This document shows, piece by piece, positions 19,266 to 30,121 of a stretch of DNA of 64,000 nucleotides. Position 1 is the stretch's first letter, and each line of letters opens with the position of its first letter. Location: positions 128,001 through 192,000 of the forward strand of contig CAVSHR010000005.1 of the NCBI GenBank assembly GCA_963727625.1, in the 5' to 3' direction. Both the position numbers and the translations under genes were made by a program. This stretch comes from an uncultured delta proteobacterium (lineage in GTDB: Bacteria > Desulfobacterota > Binatia > UBA9968). Under the pieces are notes generated by a model. The model was given only the letters and a program-made list of their open reading frames with translations, searched no databases and was not told the DNA's origin.

Positions 19266-21245
19266 ATGAAATACCCATCGACTCTGAAGCAGGACGAATG
19301 GCTCGAAGCCGACGGCCTCGGCGGCTTCGCATCGGGCACCGTCTCGGGCATTCGCACGCGCCGCTACCACGCCCTGCTGCTGGCCGCCACCAAACCGCCG
19401 GCCGGACGGCTGGTGCTCGTCAACGGGTTGGACGCCTCGGTCGAAACCGCCGGCGGAATCTGCGCTCTCTCGTCACAGCTTTACCCGCCCGATGTCATCC
19501 ATCCCGACGGCGTAAAGCGAATTGCCCAATTCGCCCGCGATCCTTGGCCGAAATGGACCTTCGCTTGCGACGACGGCAGCCGGATTGAGCAGGAAATTTT
19601 CGCCGTCAACGGTGCTTCGATGGTCGCTCTATCCTGGCGCGCCCTCAGTCCGACCGGCAAAACGACGGTAACCATCAGACCTTTTCTCTCCGGGCGCGAC
19701 TACCACTCGCTGCACCATGAAAATTCCGCCTTTCGATTTCAGCCGGAGATGGACGGGCAGCGGCTTGTTTGGCATCCCTACCCAGACATTCCTGGCATCA
19801 TCGCCATGCACAACGGCGTCTACCGTCATCAGCCCGGCTGGTACCGAAACTTCGTCTATGAACAGGAACGGGAGCGCGGCCTCGATTTCACCGAAGATCT
19901 CGCCGCGCCGGGCAGTTTTCAATTCAATCTCGCCGCCGGTCAGGCAGTGTTAATTTTAGCCGCCGAAGGTCTTACCGACGACGAGCTCGGGCAAGACTTA
20001 TCGCCGGATGAGCTCTTCGCGAAACTTCGCGCGCGCGAAACAAAACGGCGGGCCGCTTTCGCCGCGCCCCTCGATCGCGCCGCGGATAGCTATCTGGTGA
20101 AACGCAGCGAGGGCAAGACCATCGTCGCCGGCTATCCCTGGTTCACCGACTGGGGCCGCGACACTTTTATTTCTTTGCGCGGGCTCTGCCTCGCCACCGG
20201 CCGCCTCGATGACGCCCGCAACATTCTGATCGAGTGGTCCAGCGTCGTGTCGGAAGGCATGCTGCCCAATCTGTTTCCCGATCAGGGCGACCGGCCGGAG
20301 TACAATTCGGTCGACGCCTCGCTCTGGTACATCGTCGCCGTGCATGATCTTCTCGAAGCAGTGGAAAGTCACGCTGGCAAACTTTCTCAGAGCCAATCAA
20401 AAGCGCTGCAAAAAGCCGTCGATGCCATTCTCGCCGGCTACACGCAAGGCACGTGCTACGGCATTCGCATGGACGATGACGCTCTGCTCGCCGCCGGCGT
20501 TGCCGGCGTGCAACTCACCTGGATGGACGCCAAGGTCGGCGATTGGGTTGTCACGCCGCGCATCGGCAAGCCGGTGGAAGTTCAGGCGCTCTGGCTGAAC
20601 GCATTGTCGATCGGCAGTCACTTCAACACCCGTTGGCAAGAACCCCTGGAGCGCGGTCTGGAAAGTTTTCGCCGCCGTTTTTGGAACGCTCAAGCCGGGT
20701 GCCTATACGACGTCATCGACGCCGACCATGAAGCGGGCAAGCTCGATCCAAGCTTTCGGCCCAATCAAATCTTCGCCGTCGGCGGCTTGCCCCTGCCGTT
20801 GCTCGATGGGGAGGTCGCGAAAAAAATTGTCGACGCGGTCGAGCGCCGACTGTGGACGCCCCTCGGGCTGCGCTCCCTGGGGCCGGACCAACCCGGCTAC
20901 ACGCCGCTGTATCTTGGCGGCGTGCGCGAGCGCGACGGCGCCTATCATCAAGGCACGGTTTGGCCATGGCTCATCGGCGCTTTTGTCGAAGCCTGGCTCC
21001 GGGTGCGAGGCAATACCGATGACGCCAAGCGGGAAGCCCGCACGCGCTTCCTGGCGCCGCTAATGGAACACTTGGACCATGCCGGCCTCGGCCATGTCTC
21101 CGAGATCGCCGACGCGGACGCGCCGCACATACCGCGCGGCTGCCCCTTTCAAGCCTGGTCCCTCGCCGAGTTGATCCGGATCGATCGTACTGTGCTGGCG
21201 GCCGATGTAATTCAACCGACGGCGCAACGAAGCGCCGCGCGCTGA
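19266..21245 (+). CDS. Glycogen debranching enzyme-like amylo-alpha-1,6-glucosidase
   Basis: EWLEADGLGGFASGT, AGYPWFTDWGRDTFI, LTWMDAK, YHQGTVWPW, GCPFQAWS. Confidence 0.92.
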   Translation: MKYPSTLKQDEWLEADGLGGFASGTVSGIRTRRYHALLLAATKPPAGRLVLVNGLDASVETAGGICALSSQLYPPDVIHPDGVKRIAQFARDPWPKWTFACDDGSRIEQEIFAVNGASMVALSWRALSPTGKTTVTIRPFLSGRDYHSLHHENSAFRFQPEMDGQRLVWHPYPDIPGIIAMHNGVYRHQPGWYRNFVYEQERERGLDFTEDLAAPGSFQFNLAAGQAVLILAAEGLTDDELGQDLSPDELFAKLRARETKRRAAFAAPLDRAADSYLVKRSEGKTIVAGYPWFTDWGRDTFISLRGLCLATGRLDDARNILIEWSSVVSEGMLPNLFPDQGDRPEYNSVDASLWYIVAVHDLLEAVESHAGKLSQSQSKALQKAVDAILAGYTQGTCYGIRMDDDALLAAGVAGVQLTWMDAKVGDWVVTPRIGKPVEVQALWLNALSIGSHFNTRWQEPLERGLESFRRRFWNAQAGCLYDVIDADHEAGKLDPSFRPNQIFAVGGLPLPLLDGEVAKKIVDAVERRLWTPLGLRSLGPDQPGYTPLYLGGVRERDGAYHQGTVWPWLIGAFVEAWLRVRGNTDDAKREARTRFLAPLMEHLDHAGLGHVSEIADADAPHIPRGCPFQAWSLAELIRIDRTVLAADVIQPTAQRSAAR

Positions 21246-21258
21246 CATCTAAACGCCG

Positions 21259-21906
21259 ATGCATGTCGTATCCGTCAACGTGGGGCTGCCACGGGAAATT
21301 TTTCACGAAGGCAGAATGATTCGCACGGGAATCTTCAAAGCGCCGGTGGCCGGGCGCTTGCGCGTGAACGCGCTCAATCTCGCCGGCGACCGCCAGGCCG
21401 ATCTCACGGTTCACGGCGGGCCGAGCAAGGCGATCTACGCCTATCCGCTCGAGCATTACGATTTCTGGCGCAAAGAAATACCCGCCGTCGAATTCCCGAT
21501 GGGCAGTTTTGGCGAAAACCTCACCACCGCGGGCTTGCTCGAAAAAGAGCTCCATATCGGCGACCGCCTTTGCGTCGGCTCGGTGGAGCTAATTGCGACC
21601 GAGCCGCGCCTGCCCTGTTACAAGCTCAACGCCAAGTTCCAGCGCGAAGACATGGTAAAGAAATTTTTAAAGAGCCGGCGCACTGGATTTTATTTTGCGG
21701 TGGCCCGCGAGGGCGAGATCGGCGCGGGCGATCGGATGCAGATGTTGCGCCGCGAGGAGAAGCGCGTCAGCGTCGCCGATATCACGCGGCTCTATGCCTT
21801 TGATAGAAACGATTTTGACGGTATGCGGCGCGCCGTCGAAGTCCCAACCCTGCCCGACAGCTGGCGCGACTATTTTCGCGAACGGCTGCAATCGGCGGCG
21901 GGATGA
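21259..21906 (+). CDS. MOSC + 3-alpha domain protein (YiiM-like)
   Basis: GDRQADLTVHGG, FGENLT, PRLPCYKL, TGFYF. Confidence 0.9.
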   Translation: MHVVSVNVGLPREIFHEGRMIRTGIFKAPVAGRLRVNALNLAGDRQADLTVHGGPSKAIYAYPLEHYDFWRKEIPAVEFPMGSFGENLTTAGLLEKELHIGDRLCVGSVELIATEPRLPCYKLNAKFQREDMVKKFLKSRRTGFYFAVAREGEIGAGDRMQMLRREEKRVSVADITRLYAFDRNDFDGMRRAVEVPTLPDSWRDYFRERLQSAAG

Positions 21907-21925
21907 AAATTAAGGATGTGCTAAA

Positions 21926-24601
21926 ATGGCCGATAATAAAGTAGCCAGGCACTCAAAGAAAGCCATGACCCAAGAGGAACTTAGACTCCAGGAAGACCGA
22001 GAGCGCAAGGCTAACTGGAAGCGCTGGGGGCCGTACTTGTCCGAGCGCCAGTGGGGCACCGTGCGCGAAGACTACAGTCCCTACGGCACCGCTTGGGATT
22101 ATTTTCCGCACGACCATGCGCGCAACCGCGCCTATCGCTGGGGCGAGGATGGTCTGGGCGGACTCTGCGATCGCCATCAATTTATCTGCTTCGCCCTCGC
22201 GCTGTGGAACGGCCGGGATCCGATCCTCAAGGAGCGGCTGTTCGGACTCACCGGCAACGAGGGCAACCACGGTGAAGACGTCAAGGAATATTATTATTAT
22301 CTCGACTCGACGCCGACCCATTCCTACATGAAGTTTCTCTACAAGTATCCCCAGCGCGAGTTCCCCTACACCCGACTCGCCGAGGAGAACCACAAGCGCG
22401 ACAAACACGCGCTCGAGTTCGAGCTGATCGACACGGGGGTGTTCGACGATGACCGCTACTTCGACGTCGTCATCGAATATGCCAAAGCCAGTCCGGAGGA
22501 TATCTTGATCCGCATCGAAGCGCTGAATCACGGCACCGAAGCCGCCGAGCTGCACCTGCTGCCGACCCTGTGGTTTCGCAACACTTGGTCCTGGGGTCTC
22601 GACGAGCGCAAGCCGAAGTTGCGCCGGGATCCTTCCACGGAAGTCGCGGCGCTTGAGCTCGATCATTACTATTACGGTTCGCGTTGGCTTTATTTCGAGG
22701 GCAATCCGAATCTGCTGTTTACTGAAAACGAGACCAACAACCAGCGTTTGTTCAACGGCGCCAACGACCGGCCCTTCGTGAAGGACAGCATCAACGATTA
22801 CGTGGTTCATGGCGCGAAGAACGCCGTCAATCCCGACGGCCACGGCACGAAGGCCGCCGGTCATTACGTCGCCACCGTCCAGCACGGTGAGAAATTTACC
22901 GTCCGGCTCCGGCTCTCCTCCGCGGCGCCGTCCGGCGCTCAGGCCAACGGCGCTTTCGACAAGCAGATCAGCCAGCGGCGCGACGATGCGGACGAGTTCT
23001 ATTGCACCGTGGTGCCGGAAAATCTTTCCGCCGACCGCCGGAACGTCATGCGCCAGGCGCTCGGCGGCCTGCTCTGGAGCAAGCAGTTTTACCATTACGA
23101 TCTCAACCGCTGGCTCAAAGGCGACCCCGCCGGACCCGAGCCGCCGCGCGAACGACTCAACGGCCGCAATAAAGAGTGGCGTCACCTTTACAATGCCGAC
23201 GTGATCTCGATGCCGGATAAGTGGGAGTATCCCTGGTACGCCGCCTGGGATCTGGCGTTTCACTGCATCGCGCTTGCACTGGTCGACGCCGACTTCGCTA
23301 AAGAACAGCTGCTGCTCATGACCCGGGAGTGGTACATGCACCCGAATGGCCAACTGCCCGCTTACGAGTGGGCCTTTGGCGACGTCAACCCGCCGGTGCA
23401 CGCCTGGGCGGCCTGGCGCGTGTACAAGGTCGAAATGAAACGGCGCGGCGAAGGCGATAGAAACTTTCTCGAACGCATCTTCCACAAGCTTTTACTCAAC
23501 TTCACCTGGTGGGTGAACCGCAAGGACGCCGAAGGGCGCAACGTATTTCAAGGAGGGTTTCTCGGCCTCGATAACATCGGCGTGTTCGATCGCAGCGCGC
23601 CGCTCCCCACCGGCGGGCACTTGGAGCAGTCCGACGGCACCAGCTGGATGGGCATGTACTGCCTCAACATGCTCGCCATCGCCTTGGAGCTTGCCAAGGA
23701 AAACTCCGCCTACGAGGACGTCGCCAGCAAGTTTTTTGAGCATTTTGTTTACATCTGCGAAGCGATGAACAACCTCGGCGGCCAGAAGATCGAACTATGG
23801 GATCGCCAAGACGGCTTCTATTACGACGTGCTGCACCACGACAACGGCTCCAACATGCCTCTCAAAGTCCGCTCCATGGTCGGCCTGATTCCGTTGTTCG
23901 CGGTGGAAACCCTCGACCCGAAAATCGTTGATGAGCTCCCGGGATTCAAGCGCCGCATGCAATGGTTTATCGAAAACCGGCCCGCGTTGAGCGAGCACAT
24001 TGAAACTGAAACGACCGAAGCTGGCCCGCGCCGTTTTCTGTCCCTGGTCAATCGCCACCGGCTTAAGCGGGTGTTGGGCTACATGCTCGATGAGAACGAG
24101 TTCTTGTCGGACTACGGCATCCGCGCGCTGTCGCGTTATCACCTCGACCATCCCTATGAACTGCGCGTCAACGGCTCGGTTTATCGAGTCGACTACGAGC
24201 CGGCAGAGTCGAGCACGGGTCTATTCGGCGGCAACTCCAACTGGCGCGGGCCGATCTGGTTTCCGGTCAACTACCTGCTCATCGAATCACTGCAAAAGTT
24301 TCATTTCTACCTCGGCGATCAATACAAGATCGAGTGCCCCACCGGCTCGGGCGTTGAACTGAACCTTTGGCAGATCGCCGGTGAAATTTCCCAGCGCCTG
24401 ACGCGCATCTTCGCGCTCGATAATAACGGCCGGCGCCCGGTTTTCGGCGGCACCGAGAAATTTCAAAAAGACCCGCATTGGCGCGATCTGATTCCGTTTC
24501 ACGAGTATTTCCACGGCGACAACGGCGCCGGCATCGGCGCCAGCCATCAAACCGGCTGGACCGCGCTGGTGGCGAAGCTGATTCAGCAATACGGAGAGTG
24601 A
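21926..24601 (+). CDS. GH63/MGH1-like glucosidase
   Basis: [67 protein letters not shown]. Confidence 0.92.
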   Translation: MADNKVARHSKKAMTQEELRLQEDRERKANWKRWGPYLSERQWGTVREDYSPYGTAWDYFPHDHARNRAYRWGEDGLGGLCDRHQFICFALALWNGRDPILKERLFGLTGNEGNHGEDVKEYYYYLDSTPTHSYMKFLYKYPQREFPYTRLAEENHKRDKHALEFELIDTGVFDDDRYFDVVIEYAKASPEDILIRIEALNHGTEAAELHLLPTLWFRNTWSWGLDERKPKLRRDPSTEVAALELDHYYYGSRWLYFEGNPNLLFTENETNNQRLFNGANDRPFVKDSINDYVVHGAKNAVNPDGHGTKAAGHYVATVQHGEKFTVRLRLSSAAPSGAQANGAFDKQISQRRDDADEFYCTVVPENLSADRRNVMRQALGGLLWSKQFYHYDLNRWLKGDPAGPEPPRERLNGRNKEWRHLYNADVISMPDKWEYPWYAAWDLAFHCIALALVDADFAKEQLLLMTREWYMHPNGQLPAYEWAFGDVNPPVHAWAAWRVYKVEMKRRGEGDRNFLERIFHKLLLNFTWWVNRKDAEGRNVFQGGFLGLDNIGVFDRSAPLPTGGHLEQSDGTSWMGMYCLNMLAIALELAKENSAYEDVASKFFEHFVYICEAMNNLGGQKIELWDRQDGFYYDVLHHDNGSNMPLKVRSMVGLIPLFAVETLDPKIVDELPGFKRRMQWFIENRPALSEHIETETTEAGPRRFLSLVNRHRLKRVLGYMLDENEFLSDYGIRALSRYHLDHPYELRVNGSVYRVDYEPAESSTGLFGGNSNWRGPIWFPVNYLLIESLQKFHFYLGDQYKIECPTGSGVELNLWQIAGEISQRLTRIFALDNNGRRPVFGGTEKFQKDPHWRDLIPFHEYFHGDNGAGIGASHQTGWTALVAKLIQQYGE

Positions 24602-24850
24602 CGGGAACTTTTTGCCAATCTCCGAGTTTGGTTTTCATGGGCCGGACCGGTAAACCAGTAGCAAACTGACAGGCAGGGTGATCGAGAAGTCGATGATCGT
24701 CTTGCCGTGGGCGGAGGGCGATGGAGTAGTCGCTGCGGACGCTTATGATGTAAATCGATAGCCGACGTCGCGCTCAGTAAATAAAATCTTATAAAATGGC
24801 CACGGACACTCACGATCGGCCGTCTTGAAACCTCGAGTCTCTAAATTCTT

Positions 24851-26215
24851 ATGACAAAGCAGCACCAAGGCGTTGCCATCAAAAGGACAGAAACCGGTAG
24901 CCAAACGTTGCTGCCCGCCCTCGCCCTCGGCCTGACCACCCTCGCGTTCATCATCGCTAAGACCGGCCGGGACGCGCTGTTTTTTCAAGGCAGCGGCGGA
25001 TTGCTCCAATTGCCGCTCGTCTACATCAACATCGCGGGCGCCGCTTTGCCGCTGGCAATTATTTTCGTCAAGGTCATGAAGGTCTGGGGCGCCCGCCCGG
25101 CGCGCCTCGCCATTCTGACCCTGGCAGCCGCCGTGCTCGCCGTCGCCGCACCGTACCTGCAGCCCGGCAATAATAATTTGCTGCTCGCGATCTTCATGTT
25201 CATCCCGGCTATTTTCGGCCCGCTCTTCGCCAGCCTCTGGTTGCTCGCCTCGGATATTTTCGAGAATAGTGAAAAGCAAGCAGCGGCACGTGCCTTCAGC
25301 AAGATCGGCGCCGCCACTCTCGCCGGCGGAATGACCGGCGGGCTGATTTCCAAAGGGCTGGCCCCCCATCTTGACCCCAAGTGGCTCATTCTGCTGGCGG
25401 CTTGCATTCTCATCGGCGTCGTCGCTCTGGTGCGTTATATCCACCTCCGTTTCCCAACCAACCTGACTGCCAAAAAAGCTAGCGAACAAAAGAAACCAGG
25501 ATTTTTCGAGCCATTGAAGGATCACTACGCCCTCACGCTGCTGTTCATATCGATGACCGGCGCGCTTGCTGGGCTGCTCATCGATTTTCAGTTTTACGCG
25601 GCCGCCGCCGGCGCCCGCATGGGGGCGAAAGGCAACGCCAATTTCTTTGCCAATTTTTATATTCTGTTGAATTTCAGCGCGCTGTTGTTGCAACTTTTCG
25701 CGACGCCGAGGATCCAGGACAAAATCGGCCTGCGCGGCGGCTTGATGGTCTTACCCGTGGCCTTGATCGGCGGCGCGACCTTTGCCACAGCCGCAGCCAC
25801 CGCGCTCAGCCGCTCGGTGCTGCGCGTCACCGAAGGCGGCTTGCGCTCCTCGGTGCACCGCTCGATCTGGGAACAAGCTTTCATTCCGGTCGACTCCGCC
25901 GATCGATCGTCGGTGAAAATTGTCGTCGACGGCGTCGCGTCGCGCGTCGCCGAAGCGCTCGGCGCAGTGGCGATTCTCCTCTGGATCAAACAGGCGGTTC
26001 CCGATGGCGTGATCAAGATGCCGCTCGATACCCGCTGGATCTCTTTGGTGATCCTCGGCACCGTCGCCACCTGGTTGCTGATCACCCAGAAACTCAGCCT
26101 GCAAGTAAAGCGGAGCGAGGTGCGCACGCAGCCGAAAACGGTTGAGGATATCCAGTGTGAAAGATTTCCCGACCAGTGTCCTTGCACCACCGAGCTTGGA
26201 AAAGGCGTGCCCTAA
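24851..26215 (+). CDS. MFS-fold transporter, Npt1/NTT (TLC)-like
   Basis: About 12 TM segments; KTGRDALF and LRSSVHRSIWEQAFIPV resemble NTT family motifs. Confidence 0.7.
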   Translation: MTKQHQGVAIKRTETGSQTLLPALALGLTTLAFIIAKTGRDALFFQGSGGLLQLPLVYINIAGAALPLAIIFVKVMKVWGARPARLAILTLAAAVLAVAAPYLQPGNNNLLLAIFMFIPAIFGPLFASLWLLASDIFENSEKQAAARAFSKIGAATLAGGMTGGLISKGLAPHLDPKWLILLAACILIGVVALVRYIHLRFPTNLTAKKASEQKKPGFFEPLKDHYALTLLFISMTGALAGLLIDFQFYAAAAGARMGAKGNANFFANFYILLNFSALLLQLFATPRIQDKIGLRGGLMVLPVALIGGATFATAAATALSRSVLRVTEGGLRSSVHRSIWEQAFIPVDSADRSSVKIVVDGVASRVAEALGAVAILLWIKQAVPDGVIKMPLDTRWISLVILGTVATWLLITQKLSLQVKRSEVRTQPKTVEDIQCERFPDQCPCTTELGKGVP

Positions 26216-26332
26216 CGAGAGTAGAATTCCCGTGATCTTTGTTGTCGCCGCTTTTCTTGCCAACCCGTGTTTCGAGTGGTGTAATCAAATCAACCTGATC
26301 GATCGTAAAACTATTTGTTGGAGCGCCATTTT

Positions 26333-27346
26333 GTGAAAAACACAGGGACCGGAAACCTGGTCTACCGTCATAATCGCGTCACGCGCTCGACCCACTGGAT
26401 CAACGCCCTTGCGTTGATGATCCTGTTTATGAGCGGCCTGCAGATTTTCAATGCCCACCCGCGGCTTTACTGGGGCAGCACTTCGGAGCCGGAGCGGGCG
26501 TTTTTTACCATTGCCGCCGGCGGCGACGACGGCGATGTGCGCGGCTACGTCCGACTGTATGGCATCGAGGTAGACACCACCGGTTATCTCGGCGTTCAAC
26601 AAGGTGTGTTCGGACCCTCGGCACGAGCTTTTCCCAGTTGGCTGACCGTGCCTGGTTACTATTCCCTCGCCGACGCGCGCCGCTGGCATTTCTTTTTCGG
26701 CTGGCTGTTCGCGCTCAACGGCTTGCTCTATGTTAGTTACAACTCCGCCATCGGTCACCTGCGCAAATTCTTGTTCACCTTCGCCGACGCCAAAACGGTC
26801 CCGGCGATGATAGCCTACTACCTCCACATAAGAAAACAATCGCCCCAGCAAGGCGACTACAATCCGCTGCAAAAAATGGCCTACACCAGTGTATTCGTCA
26901 TTCTTACGCCGGCGATTCTCTTGAGCGGCATGGCGATGTCGCCGCAATTGGACGTGGCATTCAACTGGCTGCCGGCGCTGTTCGGCGGCCGGCAATCGGC
27001 GCGCGCATTTCATTTTATTCTCGCTTTCGGTTTTCTATTTTTTGTCTTCGGCCATGTGTTCATGGTGCTAACTCAGGGCGTTTTCAATAACCTGCGTTCC
27101 ATGATTACCGGCTGGTACCGTGAGAGAGTGTTGCCGGAAACGCAACCGGCTCGCGCCCCGGTCGAGCCTGTGGCCAAAATCGAGCAAGACACTGCGCCAG
27201 CGGTGATTGGGGAATCCGTAGTGCTAACGAAACAAGAGGTAGATGCAACCGAAGCACCCGCGCCGATCTCCTCCAACGAAACACCGTCGGTCGCGCTGCC
27301 TGCGGTCGAGAAAGGAGAGAAAAAAGATGCCGAAGATAAATCCTGA
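26333..27346 (+). CDS. Di-heme cytochrome b (Ni-hydrogenase/Fdn cytochrome b-like)
   Basis: RSTHWIN, MSGLQIFNAHP, RRWHFFF, YNPLQK, ARAFHF...GH. Confidence 0.88.
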   Translation: MKNTGTGNLVYRHNRVTRSTHWINALALMILFMSGLQIFNAHPRLYWGSTSEPERAFFTIAAGGDDGDVRGYVRLYGIEVDTTGYLGVQQGVFGPSARAFPSWLTVPGYYSLADARRWHFFFGWLFALNGLLYVSYNSAIGHLRKFLFTFADAKTVPAMIAYYLHIRKQSPQQGDYNPLQKMAYTSVFVILTPAILLSGMAMSPQLDVAFNWLPALFGGRQSARAFHFILAFGFLFFVFGHVFMVLTQGVFNNLRSMITGWYRERVLPETQPARAPVEPVAKIEQDTAPAVIGESVVLTKQEVDATEAPAPISSNETPSVALPAVEKGEKKDAEDKS

Positions 27347-28112
27347 CCTGTGGCGCCGCAGGCTGCTCCTCGGCGCCATCAACGGCGCCGCCCTGTTCGG
27401 CTTGAGCGGCTGTCAGAAAATTTTTGACAGTCTTAGCCAAAATGAAACCGTGCAGTCGATTTTGGCGTCCGCCGAGAGCGCCAATCGCCGCGTTCAGCGA
27501 GCGCTAGCGGGCAGAAACAAGCTGGCGCAGGAATTCTCCGAGAGCGATATCTCGCCCGCCTTTCGCGCCAACGGCAACCCGCCGCCGATCACCCTGGACT
27601 ACGCCGAGGATGCGAAACTTGAGTGGTCGAAGTGGCGTCTCGAAGTCGGCGGTCTGGTGCGCCAGCCGGCGCGCTTTTCGCTTGCCGAGCTCAAGGCCAT
27701 GCCCTCGCGGAGCCAGATCACGCGCCACGACTGTGTCGAAGGCTGGAGCGTCATCGGCAAATGGAAGGGGGTTCGTCTGGAAGAAATTATGCGCAAGGTC
27801 CAGCCTACCGACCATGCTAAATATGTGGTGTTTCGCTGTATGGACACGGACGGCGACGGCAATCATTACTTCGAAAGCATCGACTTGATCGACGCCGTGC
27901 ATCCGCAAACCATCCTCGCCTACGAGCTCAACGATCGCCCGCTGCCGGTCGACAACGGCGCGCCGCTCCGTTTGCGCGTCGAGAATCAACTGGGCTACAA
28001 ACACGCCAAATACATCCGCGCTCTCGAATTCGTCGCCAGCCTGGACAAGCTCGGCAAAGGTAAAGGCGGCTACTGGGAAGATCAGGGTTACGCATGGTAC
28101 GCCGGAATTTAA
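27327..28112 (+). CDS. Molybdopterin-dependent oxidoreductase (sulfite oxidase/MsrP-like)
   Basis: RRRLL...LSGC N-terminus; TRHDCVEGWS, HPQTILAY, GAPLRLRVE..LGYKHAKY. Confidence 0.9.
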   Translation: MPKINPDLWRRRLLLGAINGAALFGLSGCQKIFDSLSQNETVQSILASAESANRRVQRALAGRNKLAQEFSESDISPAFRANGNPPPITLDYAEDAKLEWSKWRLEVGGLVRQPARFSLAELKAMPSRSQITRHDCVEGWSVIGKWKGVRLEEIMRKVQPTDHAKYVVFRCMDTDGDGNHYFESIDLIDAVHPQTILAYELNDRPLPVDNGAPLRLRVENQLGYKHAKYIRALEFVASLDKLGKGKGGYWEDQGYAWYAGI

Positions 28113-28203
28113 CGGTCGGCGCGAAATACGAATCGGCAATCCACACAACGATTTGATCGCGCGCCCTGTGGCATAACCCGCGCGGTTACGCTATGCATCG
28201 ACC

Positions 28204-29112
28204 ATGCGTATCTGCTCATTGCTGCCCGGAGCCACCGAGATTGCTTACCTGCTCGGTCTCGGCGATCAGATCGTCGGCGTCACTCACGAATGCGATTATC
28301 CGTCTGACGCCAAGCAAAAGCCTGTCGTCGTGCGCAGCGTCATCGACTCCAACCGCATGTCGAGCGAAGAAATCGACCATAAAGTCGGCGAACTCCTACA
28401 AGCCGGCAAAGGTCTGTACAGCATCGACGAGCAACGTTTCATGGAGGCCGCGCCCGATATCATTCTCACTCAAGGACTCTGCGACGTTTGCGCACTCGAC
28501 TACACCGAAGTCGCCAAGGCCGCCCAGGCACTACCGCATGCGCCGGTCATCTTATCGCTCAACCCACATTCGCTGAGCGACATTTTGGAAGATATCCTGC
28601 GAGTGGGGGCCGCGACCCAGCGCGAAGGCGCTGCTGATAGAATAGTCGCGGAGCTGCGTGGGCGCATCGACCATGTCGGCGTTTGCGAACCTTCCTACCG
28701 TCCGCGTGTGGTTTGTCTCGAATGGTTCGATCCGCTCTACGTCGCCGGTCATTGGGTTCCCGAAATCGTAGCGCTTGCCGGTGGATTCGACGTTCTGGGA
28801 CGCAAAGGCGAAGTATCGTTCAAGATCGAATGGGGCGAAGTCAGAGCGGCGACGCCCGACGTGATCTTGCTCATGCCCTGCGGTTTCGACGTGCGCCGCA
28901 CCGTTCGAGAAGCGACACCGCTCCGGAGCCTCGAAGGTTGGAAGGGATTACCCGCTGTAAAAACCGGCAATGTCTACGCTCTCAACGGCAACGCCTACTT
29001 CAGCCGTCCCGGTCCGCGCTTGGTCAACGGATTGGAAATCCTCGCGCGGATACTGCACCCTGGGCGGACCGCTGAAGCTTTATCGCCAGCGGATTCTTTA
29101 CAGCTGAATTAG
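28204..29112 (+). CDS. Cobalamin/Fe-siderophore-type binding protein (BtuF-like), no signal peptide
   Basis: MRICSLLPGATE, VGVTHECDYP, TQGLCDVCA, FSRPGPRL. Confidence 0.85.
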   Translation: MRICSLLPGATEIAYLLGLGDQIVGVTHECDYPSDAKQKPVVVRSVIDSNRMSSEEIDHKVGELLQAGKGLYSIDEQRFMEAAPDIILTQGLCDVCALDYTEVAKAAQALPHAPVILSLNPHSLSDILEDILRVGAATQREGAADRIVAELRGRIDHVGVCEPSYRPRVVCLEWFDPLYVAGHWVPEIVALAGGFDVLGRKGEVSFKIEWGEVRAATPDVILLMPCGFDVRRTVREATPLRSLEGWKGLPAVKTGNVYALNGNAYFSRPGPRLVNGLEILARILHPGRTAEALSPADSLQLN

Positions 29113-29260
29113 TTCCGCTAGAACACCACCCGGTCAAATATCGCAGCGATGCGATTGATCCACACCAAATTCACTGCGCCGCCTTTGCCAGGATCATTGA
29201 CCGGCGCGCGGAGGTGGTGATAGCGTCGCTTAAGAATTCTACGTAAACAGGAGGGCGCAC

Positions 29261-29992
29261 ATGGGTAAGAGCATCGTGGTCACCGGCGGCGCCGGCGGGA
29301 TCTGTTCGGAAATTTGTCGCGGTCTAGCCGCGGATGGTTTGAACGTCGTCGTTGCCGACTACGCCAAAGAAGCGGCCGAGAAGGTCGCCGCGGAGATTTG
29401 CGACAGCAAGGGCGAGGCCATCGCCGTACAGGTCGATGTCGGCGATCCGGCTAGTGTCAACACGATGATGAATCAGGCGATTGCCAAGTACGGTCAGGTC
29501 GATTATGCCTTTTGCGGCGCGGGAATTATGGATCGCGTCGCCGTCATCGATATGCCGGAGGAAGTGTGGGACCGATTGATGCGCATCAATTTGAAAGGCG
29601 TCTTTCTCTGTGCCCAAGCGGCGGCGAAACACATGATACCGAGAAGAGAGGGCAGAATTCTGAGCATCGCTTCGGGCCGCGGCGTGGCCGGCGCGCCGCG
29701 ATCCGCGCATTACGCGGCGTCCAAGGCCGGCGTCATCGCCTTTACCAAATCCCTGGCCGTCGAACTGGCGGCCGACAATATCACCGTCAACTGCGTTTGC
29801 CCCGGCGCAACCGACACCCCCATGTCGCGGATCGGCTTCACCCCGGACCAATTCAAAAAGCGCGAAGAAATTCCGCCTTTGATGGACGGCCTCACCCATA
29901 AATTCGAAATCGTCGCCCTGGTGCGCTATCTGCTTTCCGACGCAACGAAGTTCGTCACCGGCCAAACATTCTTCCTGCGCACGCCAAAATAA
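29261..29992 (+). CDS. SDR family oxidoreductase
   Basis: TGGAGGIC, YAASKAG, VNCVCPG. Confidence 0.9.
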   Translation: MGKSIVVTGGAGGICSEICRGLAADGLNVVVADYAKEAAEKVAAEICDSKGEAIAVQVDVGDPASVNTMMNQAIAKYGQVDYAFCGAGIMDRVAVIDMPEEVWDRLMRINLKGVFLCAQAAAKHMIPRREGRILSIASGRGVAGAPRSAHYAASKAGVIAFTKSLAVELAADNITVNCVCPGATDTPMSRIGFTPDQFKKREEIPPLMDGLTHKFEIVALVRYLLSDATKFVTGQTFFLRTPK

Positions 29993-30121
29993 CCGCGACG
30001 GGGCAGACGGCGCGCCATGGTAAAGCGTGCGTACGCATCGACCGATGCACTCTGCGCTGAGGTGGAGGAACTTATCCATCCTCGGGTCGGCGAACGCGCT
30101 CTCCAAGAAAAGACTTGGCCG

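Noticed and set aside
21953-23485. 510-aa minus-strand ORF (similarly 16610-17464, 17486-18364, 41705-42622, 44042-45085)
   Set aside because: Antisense shadows of well-supported genes in GC-rich DNA, with no recognisable motifs.
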